Shown piece after piece: positions 36,223 through 47,085 of a stretch of DNA of 64,000 nt. Under the pieces are notes generated by a model that was given only the letters and a program-made list of their open reading frames with translations, was not told the DNA's origin and ran no database searches. The stretch comes from Candidatus Bathyarchaeia archaeon. GTDB lineage: Archaea > Thermoproteota > Bathyarchaeia > Bathyarchaeales > Bathycorpusculaceae. How positions within the stretch are numbered: position 1 is the stretch's first letter; the number at the start of each line of letters is the position of its first letter. The translations under genes and the position numbers were made by a program. The stretch spans positions 32,001 to 96,000 of the forward strand of contig JAVZLQ010000001.1 of NCBI GenBank assembly GCA_038883655.1. Reading direction: 5' to 3'.

Positions 36223-38088
36223 ATGCGGGTATTACAGTTGCACTCCGACTTCATCGAGTTTCAGCCAATACAAAAAGAAATAGCAATGGCTGAAGAGGCG
36301 GAGAAAAAGAAAACACGCCTAGAAGAAATAGTTGTTCTTTTCACGGCGGTTGAAGAGGGCGACAACACCGCCTTAGCGAAAAAGGCAATAGATGAAATTT
36401 GCGACTTTCTCGAAAAACTGAAAGTAAATCGCATACTAATCTATCCATACGCACACCTAAGCAGCAACCTCGCAAAACCATCAGAAGCGCTAAAAGTAAT
36501 TAAAGCCATGGAGGCATATGCGAAAGAGAAGGGTCTAGAAACCTACCGTGCGCCTTTCGGCTGGAACAAGCAGTTCACAATCGCGATTAAGGGTCACCCA
36601 CTAGCAGAGCAATCGCGTGTTTTTCTTCCAGAAGCAGAAAAAGAGGAGAAAGAGCTTGTATCCGAAGCTGTAAAAGCCGAAGAAAAACTGAAGTCGCATT
36701 GGTATATTCTCCAACCAGACGGCAAAATGGTTCCAGTTGAAGAATTCGATTTTAGGAATCATGAAAACCTTAAAAAGTTCATGAAATACGAGGTTTCAAA
36801 GGTTAGGGCAAGCCAGCAGATGCCTCCACATGTTCCTTTAATGAAGAGGCTTGAAATAGCGGATTACGAGTTTGGAAGCGACCCTGGAAACATAAGGTGG
36901 TACCCGAAGGGGCGGCTAATCAAATCACTGCTTGAACAATTTGTGACAGCCAAAATGATAGAGTACGGCGCCATGGAAGTTGAAACTCCAATAATGTATG
37001 ATTTCCAGCATCCAAGTCTAGCCGACTACATAAACCGTTTTCCAGCAAGACAGTACTTGCTAAAATCGGAAGACAAGGAGCTTTTCCTGCGTTTTGCCGC
37101 GTGTTTCGGGCAGTTCCTTATGGTTCATGACACGCAGTTCTCTTATAGACATATGCCACTAAAAGTTTACGAGTTAACACGCTACAGCTTTAGACGCGAA
37201 AAAAGCGGCGAGGTTGTAGGCCTAAGACGTTTAAGAGCCTTCACAATGCCAGATTGCCACGCCTTCTGTAAAGATCTCGAACAAGCCAAAAGCGAATTCC
37301 TCGTTAGGTTCAAAATCTGTATGGAAGTTTTGGAAGAGATAGGCTTGCCGAAAGAGGATTATGAGGTGGCAATACGCTTCACAAAAGACTTTTACAAGGA
37401 AAACAAGGATTTCGTTGAGTCCCTAGCGAAAATTTTCGGCAAACCAGCCCTTGTAGAAATGTGGGAGGAACGCTTTTTCTACTTCGCGCTAAAATGGGAC
37501 TTCAACTTCGTGGATAATCAGGATAAGGCTGCAGCCCTCTCAACAGACCAAATCGACATAGAAAACGCGAAAAGATACAATATAACGTACGTTGACGAGA
37601 AAGGCGAAAGACGCTACCCGCTTATCTTGCACTGTTCACCAAGCGGAGCCATCGAAAGATGCGTGTACGCATTATTGGAAAAAGCTTACAAAGACCAGCA
37701 AAATGGTAAACCGCCGATGCTGCCGCTTTGGCTCTCGCCAACACAGGTGCGCATAATTCCAATGTCAACAAGCTATCTTGAACACGCAGAAAAACTCGGA
37801 AAGGAGTTAGAAGCGCATTGTATACGCTACGATATTGATGAAAGAGCTATGACGCTACAGAGAAGGATTCGCGAAGCCGAGATGGAGTGGGTCCCATACA
37901 TAATCGTTTTAGGAAAAAAGGAGGTACAATCAGAAACGCTCCCAGTTAGGGACAGAAAAGCTGGGAAAATACGCAACATGAAACTTGAAGAACTCATAAA
38001 AGAAATTGAAGAGGAGGTCAAAGCTAAACCCTTCAAGCCGCTGCCACTTCCAAAACACCTTTCAAAGAGACCGCAGTTCTACGGCTAG
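36223..38088 (+). CDS. thrS: Threonine--tRNA ligase, archaeal type
   Basis: Archaeal editing domain (YPYAHLS, RAPFGW, GHPLAE), LRFAACFG, FRREKSGE, PDCH and HCSPSG motifs. Confidence 0.97.
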   Translation: MRVLQLHSDFIEFQPIQKEIAMAEEAEKKKTRLEEIVVLFTAVEEGDNTALAKKAIDEICDFLEKLKVNRILIYPYAHLSSNLAKPSEALKVIKAMEAYAKEKGLETYRAPFGWNKQFTIAIKGHPLAEQSRVFLPEAEKEEKELVSEAVKAEEKLKSHWYILQPDGKMVPVEEFDFRNHENLKKFMKYEVSKVRASQQMPPHVPLMKRLEIADYEFGSDPGNIRWYPKGRLIKSLLEQFVTAKMIEYGAMEVETPIMYDFQHPSLADYINRFPARQYLLKSEDKELFLRFAACFGQFLMVHDTQFSYRHMPLKVYELTRYSFRREKSGEVVGLRRLRAFTMPDCHAFCKDLEQAKSEFLVRFKICMEVLEEIGLPKEDYEVAIRFTKDFYKENKDFVESLAKIFGKPALVEMWEERFFYFALKWDFNFVDNQDKAAALSTDQIDIENAKRYNITYVDEKGERRYPLILHCSPSGAIERCVYALLEKAYKDQQNGKPPMLPLWLSPTQVRIIPMSTSYLEHAEKLGKELEAHCIRYDIDERAMTLQRRIREAEMEWVPYIIVLGKKEVQSETLPVRDRKAGKIRNMKLEELIKEIEEEVKAKPFKPLPLPKHLSKRPQFYG

Positions 38089-38174
38089 TAACATTATAAA
38101 AAGGCAAATTTTTGCAAAAAATATATCAAACCCAAAAGGCGATAGCTAATCTTCTAGCCTAGGGGAGAAAACAA

Positions 38175-39065
38175 TTGGAAAAGGAACTTCTAGTTTATAT
38201 CGACGGTGAATACTATCCAAAGTCTCAAGCAAAAATCTCTGTTTATGACCATGGTCTTTTGTATGGCGACGGAGTGTTCGAAGGAATCCGCGCATACAAC
38301 GGCGTTGTTTTTAGACTAAAAGAACACATAGATAGGCTTTATCGCTCCGCACACACCATAATGCTGCAAATTCCAATACCAAAAGAGGAAATGATAAGAA
38401 TAGTCTTGGAAACACTTCGTAAAAACAAACTAAGAGACGCTTACATACGCCTGGTCGTTACGCGAGGCGTAGGTGACTTGGGACTAGATCCGAGAAAATG
38501 CCAAAAACCAACAATAATCGTCATAACAGACACCATAAAACTGTTAAAAACAGAGGCAAAAGAAAACGGGATAACCGCCATGATTTCATGGGTTAAAAGA
38601 GACCCTGTAGACGCAACAACACACGAAATAAAATCGCTCAACTACCTAAACAGCATACTCGCAAAGATCGAAGCAAACATAAACGGCGTAGACGAAGCCA
38701 TATGCCTCGACAAAAACGGCTTTGTCTGCGAGGGCGTGGCAGAAAACATATTCATAGTTAAAGGACACAAAATCTTCACACCACCAAGCTATACGGGCGC
38801 GCTTCCAGGGATAACAGCCGAAGCAGTAATGAACCTCGCCAAAAAACTCGGATACGAAGTCGTAGAAAGGAACATAACACCTTACGAGCTGTTCAACGCG
38901 GACGAGGTTTTCTTTACCGGGACAGCCGCTGAAATCGTGCCAGTTAAAGAAATAAACAAAAGGGTTATCGGTGACGGCAAGCCCGGCCCGGTGACAAGAA
39001 GGCTTATGGAAGAATTTGCGAAGATGGTTCAAGACCCGAAAGAGGGAATACCAATCTACAGCTAG
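38175..39065 (+). CDS. ilvE: Branched-chain amino acid aminotransferase
   Basis: [20 protein letters not shown] and TGTAAE motifs. Confidence 0.96.
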   Translation: MEKELLVYIDGEYYPKSQAKISVYDHGLLYGDGVFEGIRAYNGVVFRLKEHIDRLYRSAHTIMLQIPIPKEEMIRIVLETLRKNKLRDAYIRLVVTRGVGDLGLDPRKCQKPTIIVITDTIKLLKTEAKENGITAMISWVKRDPVDATTHEIKSLNYLNSILAKIEANINGVDEAICLDKNGFVCEGVAENIFIVKGHKIFTPPSYTGALPGITAEAVMNLAKKLGYEVVERNITPYELFNADEVFFTGTAAEIVPVKEINKRVIGDGKPGPVTRRLMEEFAKMVQDPKEGIPIYS

Positions 39066-39088
39066 TATGGCGCTTAGCCCTATTCACC

Positions 39089-40309
39089 CTATTTATTCCT
39101 TTTCATGAAACGCTCAACTTCGTTGAAGGCTTGCTCAAGCACATCAATTGGTGGGAGAAAGACGCTTCTAAAGTGACCAGAACCGTAAACTGGGTCAAAA
39201 CCAGAACCGTGCACAAAAAGCACACCGGTTTCTTTCAAAAGTTCAAGAACAAACTCTACATCGCTTTTCCACATTTGCCCTACACCATGAACCTTCGGAA
39301 AAACGTAAAAGGCTCCTTCAGGCTTAGCGCAACTAATGCCGTTTATCTGACTTATCCTTTTCAACACGTAGTCCCTCCTTTGCCTAAGCTTATCCACAAG
39401 CTCCTTGATATGGTCTTGCGGTCCGTTCAATGCTGCTACTCCAGCCTTCTGGACAGGCGTGTTTGCGCATAGCCTTATTCTCGCTTCTTTTTCGATGCAC
39501 TGCTTTAGCTCTTCCAGTTCGCCGTTCTTATCATGAAAGTAAATGTAGCCTAGCCTCCACCCAGTCATTAAATAAGCTTTTGAAAAACCGTTAAGCCCAA
39601 TTACTGGAACATCCTTGGCCAAACGCGCAGTGCTAACAAAACGTTTTTCAAACGTTAACTGGTCATAGATCTCATCCGACAATACTGGAAGCCCAAACTC
39701 GCCGGCCAAATCTAAAATCTGCTTTACGGTTTTTTCTTCATAGAGCGCGCCGCATGGGTTGTTGGGATTTATAACAACTATCCCACGGGTTCTTTTCGAG
39801 ATTTTGCGTCTCAAATCGTCAATGTTGGGCTGCCAACCATCATCCTCAACTGTCTCATAAGTTACAGGTTTGCCGCCGAAAAACTTGGCATAAGAAATGT
39901 ACGGAGGATAAGTCGGACCCGGCAGGAGAATTTCGTCTCCCCCGTCAATAAGCGCAGCCATAACCATTTGGATACCCTCAGAAATTCCAGAAGTAACAAT
40001 AACATCCTCAGCGCACACATCAACGCCATTAACACGCTTCTCCTTGTCGCATATGGCTTGTCTAAGCTCAGGCAAACCTTCAGAAGGCGAATAGGCGTTT
40101 GCACCACCTTCAACAGCCTCAAACAAAGCTTGTTTAATATGCCTGGGCGTATCAAAATCAAACGCGACTGGATCGCCAATGTTCAAGTAGTAAATCTTTT
40201 TCCCAGCCTTTGCCAGTTCCCGCGCATAAACAATAACATCACGAATGGCATACTCGATTGTGCGCACGCGCTCCGTAACCTTAACTTTGGCTTTAGCCAT
40301 AAGACCCAC
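39089..40309 (-). CDS. Class I/II PLP aminotransferase (alanine aminotransferase-like)
   Basis: YAIRD, LNIGDP, NPNNP, DEIY and SKAYLMTGWRLG motifs. Confidence 0.9.
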   Translation of the reverse strand: MGLMAKAKVKVTERVRTIEYAIRDVIVYARELAKAGKKIYYLNIGDPVAFDFDTPRHIKQALFEAVEGGANAYSPSEGLPELRQAICDKEKRVNGVDVCAEDVIVTSGISEGIQMVMAALIDGGDEILLPGPTYPPYISYAKFFGGKPVTYETVEDDGWQPNIDDLRRKISKRTRGIVVINPNNPCGALYEEKTVKQILDLAGEFGLPVLSDEIYDQLTFEKRFVSTARLAKDVPVIGLNGFSKAYLMTGWRLGYIYFHDKNGELEELKQCIEKEARIRLCANTPVQKAGVAALNGPQDHIKELVDKLRQRRDYVLKRISQINGISCAKPEGAFYVFPKVHGVGQMWKSDVEFVLELLKETGVLFVHGSGFDPVYGSGHFRSVFLPPIDVLEQAFNEVERFMKRNK

Positions 40310-40361
40310 TTTACCTTGTAGAATCTAGCCTAGACTTTTATAAGAAATAAATTTTGTGCAC

Positions 40362-42038
40362 TTACGGTGATGAAGGATACCAAACCTTTGATATCTGGAA
40401 GCCTTCAGCCGTGTAAACCGTGACCTTTAAGCTGCCCGCAAGATACAATCCCCAGTTCCATCGACAAACTATGGTGACATTTTCGCCTACTTTTAGTAGA
40501 TATCCATTTGGGACTAAAACTGGAATAGTTAGTGTTCCATCTATGATGAATGTTTGGTTTTCCACTTCAAACACTATAGATGTTACTGTCACGTTTTGAA
40601 TGGAGTTAACCGAATTTGAAATTGTAATGTTAACGTATGGGCCTAACAATTCGCTTAAGGCTGGTTTTTCCATTTTTAATTGCACTGGCGGTATTTCGAT
40701 TGTTCTTGAGATGTTCACTCCATCGCTCCTTATTGCGGTGATCGTGATATTTGTGCCTATAGACGTCTTCCAATTTATTGTGCAATTAAAAGTCACTTGG
40801 TCGCCTTTGTCGAGAAAGGCGAACTGTGGCGTAATTTCCGTTATATTGTCATTTAGCATTATTCGTGTAATGTTTATTCCAGAGAGCGAACACGGCATAT
40901 TCTTAACTTCAACCAGAAAGTAATCTGTGTAATCTAAGTCAAATGTCACATTTGTTATTTCCCAGACAATCTGTGGCGGAGTTGTCACATTTTTGGCTGG
41001 CACAGTGAACCCTTCATTTGTGTACACTTTAACCGATATTTTCTTGTCTCGATAATCACTCCAGTTCCATAAGCACTGGAAAACTTGAGAGCCATTTGGA
41101 GGAACGGAATTAAAAACTGATGGTTCTCCCACAGGCGGAAGCGTTTGGTTTATTGTTATTTCCCTTCCATCCTCCAATGTTATGTTTATCCTTCTTATTG
41201 AGGCGTATGCCGTAGAATCCTCTGAACTGCTAATATTAACGTAGAAGCGCTCCACATCAAAATAGTCAAACTTAACGTTTTGTATATTTAAAATCGCGCC
41301 CGGAAGTTTGTTTGTGGTATACGAAACTTCGTAACCCTCAAGAGTTTTCACTGTTACAGTGACGTTTATGTTCATGAAACTTTCCCAATTATAATTACAA
41401 GTGTACGTTAAACTTGAATTTACTGGCAAAATGTTAACAAAATCAAGTGATGGTGTAACATTTTCCTTTATAGAATTACTAAACAAAAGTATATCTGAAA
41501 TTGTGAGATTCGACGTCGGGCTCTCATTTTTCACCGTTATGTTGAAGTAATTGACGCTTTCTGAAACATTAAAGTATGGCGCCACTTTCAACTTCACATT
41601 TGGCGTCTGGTATAAGTAACTCTTTATTGAAGCGCCTTCTGCCGTAACTGGGTCTATTGTAACATTTTCACCGGCAAATTTACTCCAATTTTTTAGACAT
41701 TTAAAAGTCTGCTTGGTTCCTCTTTGAAGCAGAAATGGAAGTGCTGGTTCTGTACTTGTGATATCGTATGTTTCGTTTTTTCCCTCAATATTTAGACGAA
41801 TTGCGGTTATGTTTACGTCTAAAGCCGAGTTTGAAGGATTGAGAATCGTCACGTTAAAATATGTGGCGTTTGCAGCGTTAAAAGAAACATCCGTCACTAT
41901 AAGAAATGTCATATCTTCTGGCATGTTATAATAGCTTGCCATAACCCAAATGTAAGATATTATAGCTCCAAAAGTAGCTGAACACAATAACAATATTATT
42001 AATGCTAGAGTTGAAATTGCCCTTTTGTCAACCAACAT
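40362..42038 (-). CDS. Surface protein with class III (prepilin-like) signal peptide and about five tandem beta-rich repeats
   Basis: MLVDKRA/ISTLALIILLL N-terminus; five CxxNW-containing ~100-aa repeats; many NxT/S sequons. Confidence 0.7.
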   Translation of the reverse strand: MLVDKRAISTLALIILLLCSATFGAIISYIWVMASYYNMPEDMTFLIVTDVSFNAANATYFNVTILNPSNSALDVNITAIRLNIEGKNETYDITSTEPALPFLLQRGTKQTFKCLKNWSKFAGENVTIDPVTAEGASIKSYLYQTPNVKLKVAPYFNVSESVNYFNITVKNESPTSNLTISDILLFSNSIKENVTPSLDFVNILPVNSSLTYTCNYNWESFMNINVTVTVKTLEGYEVSYTTNKLPGAILNIQNVKFDYFDVERFYVNISSSEDSTAYASIRRINITLEDGREITINQTLPPVGEPSVFNSVPPNGSQVFQCLWNWSDYRDKKISVKVYTNEGFTVPAKNVTTPPQIVWEITNVTFDLDYTDYFLVEVKNMPCSLSGINITRIMLNDNITEITPQFAFLDKGDQVTFNCTINWKTSIGTNITITAIRSDGVNISRTIEIPPVQLKMEKPALSELLGPYVNITISNSVNSIQNVTVTSIVFEVENQTFIIDGTLTIPVLVPNGYLLKVGENVTIVCRWNWGLYLAGSLKVTVYTAEGFQISKVWYPSSP

Positions 42039-42177
42039 GCACTATTCCTCCGATGTTGAAACAATTGTTTTATCTCATACCGTGTTGGAATAAATAAGTG
42101 TTCTCTTACAAGATATTTAAGGTCGTGAAATTTGTGTCAAACTTTATAAATGGTCTGAGCGTCCTTCTAAAATTCTG

Positions 42178-43482
42178 TTGGTTGAAGGGAGTTTGATGGT
42201 GGAGTGCGATGTTCTAGTAGTTGGGGCGGGCGTTATTGGTTTGTCAACAGCCTATCATATAAAAGCTACCAATTCTGACTTACGTGTTCTTGTGGTTGAC
42301 AAGTTTAATTCTGCTGGTCAGGGAAGCACAGCCAAAAGCGCTTCGGCTTTCCGCTGCTTGTTTTCCTCTTACACTAATTATGTGCTTGCTGATTCCTCTG
42401 TCGAGTTTTACCGCCATGTGCAAGAAGATTTGAAGGTTGATTTGAAGCTGTTGTGGATTGGTTACTTGTGGCTTTTAAACGAGAATAGCTATCGTGAGGT
42501 TTTTCCTGTTTTGAAGGGGCTAGCCGATAAGGGTTTCGTGTATGAGGAGCGTGATGCTGAGGATTTGGCGCGTAAGCTTTGTTTGCGGACGGATTTGAGC
42601 GGTGATGATGAGGCTTGCTTGATGCGTTTGGGGAATGTTTACAAGGGAATTTTCATTCCAAAGGCTGGCACAATCGATGCTGATTGTCTTGTCAAGTTTT
42701 ATGAAGAGGAGTTTCTGCGGTTAGGCGGAAGAATCGAGTATGGCGTAAACGTGGAAAACCTCATGGTCGAACCCCGTGAGCCTTTAGGTATTCCCCAGGA
42801 GCCATATTTTTGGCAAGAGTCGAGAATTGCTGGTGTAAAAACGAATAGGGGCGTTATTAAGGCGAAGAAGACTGTTTTGGCTGCTGGGGCTTGGATTCCG
42901 CAGCTTTTGGACGCTGTTGGAATCGAATGTTTCATTAAGCCTAAAAAGAGGCAGCTTTTTACAATACCAGCGAAAAGCCCTGCTTTGAAACAGCTGCTTT
43001 TTACAAAAGGATTCAACTCTGTGGGTTGCATTCCGTTTACGATTTTGCCAGAACCTAAAGTTTTGATTCGCCCCTTCCCGAATGAGGGTGTATTTTGGCT
43101 TGGTTATGCTGATGATTTTCCAAGAGCCTTTAAGTTAGAGGATGAACCCCAACCTGAAAAGAACTTTTATCAGTATGGGATATACCAGGTTTTGGTGAAG
43201 TATTTTCCACAGTTTAGGGATTGCCGTCCAACAAATGCTTTTGCTGGTTTATATGAAATTAATACTTTAGATGGGCAACCCATCGTCTTTGAGGAGAACG
43301 ACTTGATTGTTGTTGGCGGCGCCAGCGGAAGCGGTATAATGAAAGCTGATGCCATAGGGCGGGTTGCCGCTGCGCTTTATAACGGTGAGAAATACGCCAT
43401 CTTATTTAATGGTAGAAAGTTTAAGGTTAGCGACCTAAGCCTAAAAGAGAGAAAGGTTGAACCTGAAAGGCTGATAATTTAG
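42178..43482 (+). CDS. FAD-dependent oxidoreductase (DAO/sarcosine oxidase beta family)
   Basis: VVGAGVIG Rossmann motif, LAAGAW and SGSGIM. Confidence 0.88.
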   Translation: MVEGSLMVECDVLVVGAGVIGLSTAYHIKATNSDLRVLVVDKFNSAGQGSTAKSASAFRCLFSSYTNYVLADSSVEFYRHVQEDLKVDLKLLWIGYLWLLNENSYREVFPVLKGLADKGFVYEERDAEDLARKLCLRTDLSGDDEACLMRLGNVYKGIFIPKAGTIDADCLVKFYEEEFLRLGGRIEYGVNVENLMVEPREPLGIPQEPYFWQESRIAGVKTNRGVIKAKKTVLAAGAWIPQLLDAVGIECFIKPKKRQLFTIPAKSPALKQLLFTKGFNSVGCIPFTILPEPKVLIRPFPNEGVFWLGYADDFPRAFKLEDEPQPEKNFYQYGIYQVLVKYFPQFRDCRPTNAFAGLYEINTLDGQPIVFEENDLIVVGGASGSGIMKADAIGRVAAALYNGEKYAILFNGRKFKVSDLSLKERKVEPERLII

Positions 43483-43569
43483 CTTTCTGTGCTTTGGCGT
43501 TACGGTAATCATTAATCTTATTTACTTTCTACGCGATATAAGTATGCAATGTTTCAGGATGGTTAACCT

Positions 43570-45402
43570 ATGTTTGGATGGACTGGAAATTTTCTCCGCG
43601 TGAACCTCAGCAAAGGCAAAGCCGTAGCGGAGCCTTATGATGGTCATTTTGCGAAAAGCTTTCTTGGTGGTAGGGGTTTTGCAGCTAAAATTTTGTGGGA
43701 CGAGCTTAAGCTTGGAGTAGATCCATTATCGCCGCAGAACAAACTGGTTTTTGCCGCTGGACCTTTAACTGGTTTTGCCTTGCCAAGTAGCGGAAAACTT
43801 GTTGTGGCTGCAAAGAGTCCGTTAACTTATGGTTATGGTGACGGCAATATTGGTTCACATGCGGCTGTTCAGATGCGTAAGGCGGGTTACGACGCTGTTA
43901 TTGTCGAGGGCAGAGCTGAAAAGCCCATTGTGCTGCTTGTCCAAGATAGAAGCGTTGAGTTTTTGGATGCGAAGGACCTTTGGGGCTTAAGCTCCTTTGA
44001 GACTGAAAAGAAGCTGCGGGAGTTTTATGGTCAAACTGCTGGTATATTGACGATTGGTCAAGGAGGCGAAAACCTTGTGAAATTCGCGAACATAGTTTGC
44101 GAAGGGGGTCGTGCTGGCGGCAGACCAGGCATGGGCGCGGTGATGGGTTCTAAGAATTTGAAGGCTGTAATTTTTGTTGGTTCTGGCGAATTGTCTGCCG
44201 CCTATCCGAAGGTTATGAAGGAGTTGGGCGCGGAAGCTTACCGTGAAGTTCTAATGAAGCCAAACTACGCCTTTTGGAAGCGCCAAGGAACGATGATGAC
44301 CATCGAGTGGAGCCAAGAAAACAGTGTGCTGCCAACACGCAATTACAGCGAAGGCGTTTTCGAGAAGGCTGAAGCCATAGGTGGATTTTCAATGGAGAAA
44401 ATCAAAATTGCAAATAGGGGCTGCCCACACTGCAACATGACATGCGGAAATGTTGTGAAAGACTCTGTTCGCAGGGAATCTGAACTTGACTATGAAAACG
44501 TTGCCATGCTGGGCTCAAACATAGGAATCGGCAACCTAAAGCAAGTGGCTGCGCTTAACAGGGCCGCTGACGAGTTTGGATTGGACACTATTTCGCTTGG
44601 CAATGTTATAGGATTCGCGATGGAAGCCTCAGAAAAGAAACTGATTCAAGAAAAAGTTTTTTGGGGAAAGTTCAAGGAGACGCAAGCCCTAATTGAGGAT
44701 ATAGCCTACAGACGCGGCTTGGGCGATACACTGGCGGAAGGTGTCCGCTTTGCAGCTGAAAAGTTTGGCGGCGATTCAAAGCGTTGGGCTATGCACGTTA
44801 AGGGACTGGAGGTTTCAGCTTATGACTGCCACACAGCACCAGCCATGGCCTTAGCCTATGCAACAAGCTCTATAGGTGCGCATCATAAGGATGCGTGGGT
44901 TATATCTTGGGAAGTCAAATTCGGACGCGAGAGTTACGGCGAAGAGAAAGTTGAAAAGGTTATAGAGTTTCAGCGCATTCGTGGAGGAGTTTTTGAATCC
45001 TTGACTGTTTGTAGGCTTCCATGGATTGAGCTTGGCTTCGAACTTGAATGGTACACGAAGTTCATGTATGCTGCTACAGGCTGGGAAGTAAGCTGGGACG
45101 ACTTTAACGTGATTGCGGACCGCATCTTCAATTTAATACGCGCCTTCTGGATTCGCGAGTACGGCAAAAACTGGAGCAAAGAATTCGATGTTCCACCAGC
45201 AAGGTGGTTCGAGGAACCATTAACAAAAGGTCCATTAAAGGGCGGGAAACTTGACAGAACACGGTATGATATTATGTTGCAGAGATATTACAAGAAGCGC
45301 GGGTGGGACGAACGCGGAATACCGAGAAAGGCAACTTTGAAGAAGCTTGGACTAGAAAACGTTGCAAAGCAACTTCAGAAACGCGTCAAACTCTATGATT
45401 GA
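43570..45402 (+). CDS. for: Tungsten aldehyde:ferredoxin oxidoreductase, FOR-type
   Basis: GGRG, KSPLT, GAVMGSKNLKA, FWKRQGT, GCPHCNMTC and ELDYEN motifs, closely resembling Pyrococcus FOR as recalled. Confidence 0.85.
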   Translation: MFGWTGNFLRVNLSKGKAVAEPYDGHFAKSFLGGRGFAAKILWDELKLGVDPLSPQNKLVFAAGPLTGFALPSSGKLVVAAKSPLTYGYGDGNIGSHAAVQMRKAGYDAVIVEGRAEKPIVLLVQDRSVEFLDAKDLWGLSSFETEKKLREFYGQTAGILTIGQGGENLVKFANIVCEGGRAGGRPGMGAVMGSKNLKAVIFVGSGELSAAYPKVMKELGAEAYREVLMKPNYAFWKRQGTMMTIEWSQENSVLPTRNYSEGVFEKAEAIGGFSMEKIKIANRGCPHCNMTCGNVVKDSVRRESELDYENVAMLGSNIGIGNLKQVAALNRAADEFGLDTISLGNVIGFAMEASEKKLIQEKVFWGKFKETQALIEDIAYRRGLGDTLAEGVRFAAEKFGGDSKRWAMHVKGLEVSAYDCHTAPAMALAYATSSIGAHHKDAWVISWEVKFGRESYGEEKVEKVIEFQRIRGGVFESLTVCRLPWIELGFELEWYTKFMYAATGWEVSWDDFNVIADRIFNLIRAFWIREYGKNWSKEFDVPPARWFEEPLTKGPLKGGKLDRTRYDIMLQRYYKKRGWDERGIPRKATLKKLGLENVAKQLQKRVKLYD

Positions 45403-45416
45403 CGCCCTATTCTTGC

Positions 45417-46859
45417 CTAGTAAGACTTTGCAAAGTAAACAACCTCGTTTGCTTTTTCTCCGCAGTATATGCAATCTGCGAATGTTTCTTCTCTCTCGAA
45501 GGGCACAATTCTGATGGTTGCTCCAGTCTCCTCCTTGATTTTTTCCTCACAGCTTGAGTTGCCGCACCAGCACGCCCTTAAGAATCCGCCCTTTTCTTTT
45601 AGCACTTTCTTGAACTCGTCATAATTTTTAACCGTGGTTATGTTTTCTTCGAGGAATTTTTTGGCTTTGTTGAAAAGGTTTCTTTGGATTTCATCAAGCA
45701 GCTTTTCGACGGCGTCAACAGCATCATCCTCTTTTACTGCAATTTTTTCAAACGTATCTCTACGAGCAAGCGTTAGCTGTCCATGTTTTATGTCTTTTGG
45801 TCCTATCTCTATTCTTAGGGGCACTCCTTTAAGTTCCCAGTCGTTAAACTTCCATCCCGGAGTGTACTCTTTCCTGTCATCAAGTATTGCGGATATGCCT
45901 TTTCTCTGCAGTTTTTCAAGAGTCTCTTTAGCCTTTTCCATTATTGCTTTTTCATCTGCTTCCTTGTAGGGTATTGGAACTATGACCACCTGTGTTGGCG
46001 CTATTTTCGGAGGCAAAACCAATCCTTTGTCGTCGCCGTGAACCATAACTAATGCGCCTATAATCCGTGTTGAGAATCCCCAAGAGGTTTGCCAAACGTA
46101 ATGCTCCTTTTCATCTTGTCCTATGAATTTTATGTCGAAAACCTTTGCAAAGTTTTGTCCTAGCTGGTGGGATGTTCCCATCTGCAATGCCTTTCCATCT
46201 GGCATTATCGCTTCTAGGGTTGTTGTGTAGAGGGCTCCAGCGAATTTTTCGTTTTCTGTTTTTCTTCCTGCTAGCACTGGAATAGCCAGGTAATTTTCCA
46301 TCAGGTCTTTGTACATGCCGAGTATTTCCATGACTTCGCGGTCTGCCTCTTCTTTTGTGGCGTGGGCTGTGTGTCCCTCTTGCCATAAGAATTCCCTTGT
46401 GCGAAGGAAGAGTTTGGTTGCCTTTGTTTCCCATCGTACAACGCTGTTCCACTGGTTCAGCTTTAACGGCAAGTCTCTCCAGCTTCTTATCCACTTTGCG
46501 TATGTGGCGTACATTATCGTTTCAGAAGTCGGCCTTATCGCGAGTCTCTCCTCAAGCGGTGTGCTTCCACCTATTGTTACCCACGCAACTTCTGGAACGA
46601 AGCCCTCGAAGTGTTCAGCCTCTTTCCTTAGGAAACTTTCAGGTATAAACATTGGGAAGTAGACGTTTTTGTGTCCAGTTGCCTTTATCTTCGCGTTGAA
46701 GATTTCTTGGATTTTCTCCCATATGGCGTAGGAAAGCTCGCGGAATATCATACAGCCCTTTACTGGAGCATAATCTGCAAGTTCGGATTTCACGACTACT
46801 TGGGTGTACCACTCTGAAAAGTCTTCGTTCTTTTTTACGGTAACGCCTACGTCAGACAT
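45417..46859 (-). CDS. proS: Proline--tRNA ligase (archaeal/eukaryal type)
   Basis: RPTSET, VRWE, FLRTREFLWQEGH, GTSH, WELKGVP and C-terminal FAKSY. Confidence 0.97.
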   Translation of the reverse strand: MSDVGVTVKKNEDFSEWYTQVVVKSELADYAPVKGCMIFRELSYAIWEKIQEIFNAKIKATGHKNVYFPMFIPESFLRKEAEHFEGFVPEVAWVTIGGSTPLEERLAIRPTSETIMYATYAKWIRSWRDLPLKLNQWNSVVRWETKATKLFLRTREFLWQEGHTAHATKEEADREVMEILGMYKDLMENYLAIPVLAGRKTENEKFAGALYTTTLEAIMPDGKALQMGTSHQLGQNFAKVFDIKFIGQDEKEHYVWQTSWGFSTRIIGALVMVHGDDKGLVLPPKIAPTQVVIVPIPYKEADEKAIMEKAKETLEKLQRKGISAILDDRKEYTPGWKFNDWELKGVPLRIEIGPKDIKHGQLTLARRDTFEKIAVKEDDAVDAVEKLLDEIQRNLFNKAKKFLEENITTVKNYDEFKKVLKEKGGFLRACWCGNSSCEEKIKEETGATIRIVPFEREETFADCIYCGEKANEVVYFAKSY

Positions 46860-47085
46860 TTTCGTCTCTCCCTTTGTTTTCGTTTATTGAAGAATATATT
46901 TCTAGTGTAAAACTAATTCTAATGTCAAATAAGTGAAGGCAGAATTCAGCAACGTGGAACGCAATCGCCCATTGCAACCACTTCCAGAACAATAACAAAG
47001 GAAACTATTAAACATTTCTTACGCAACTAATTTTAACTGTATGTGACTACTTCAATTGTGTATTGTTAAGTTGGGTGTGAAGCAT

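Noticed and set aside
46925-46972. Selenocysteine read-through of the micro-ORF (TGC-TGA)
   Set aside because: No SECIS-like element or Sec machinery is visible, and another stop follows within seven codons
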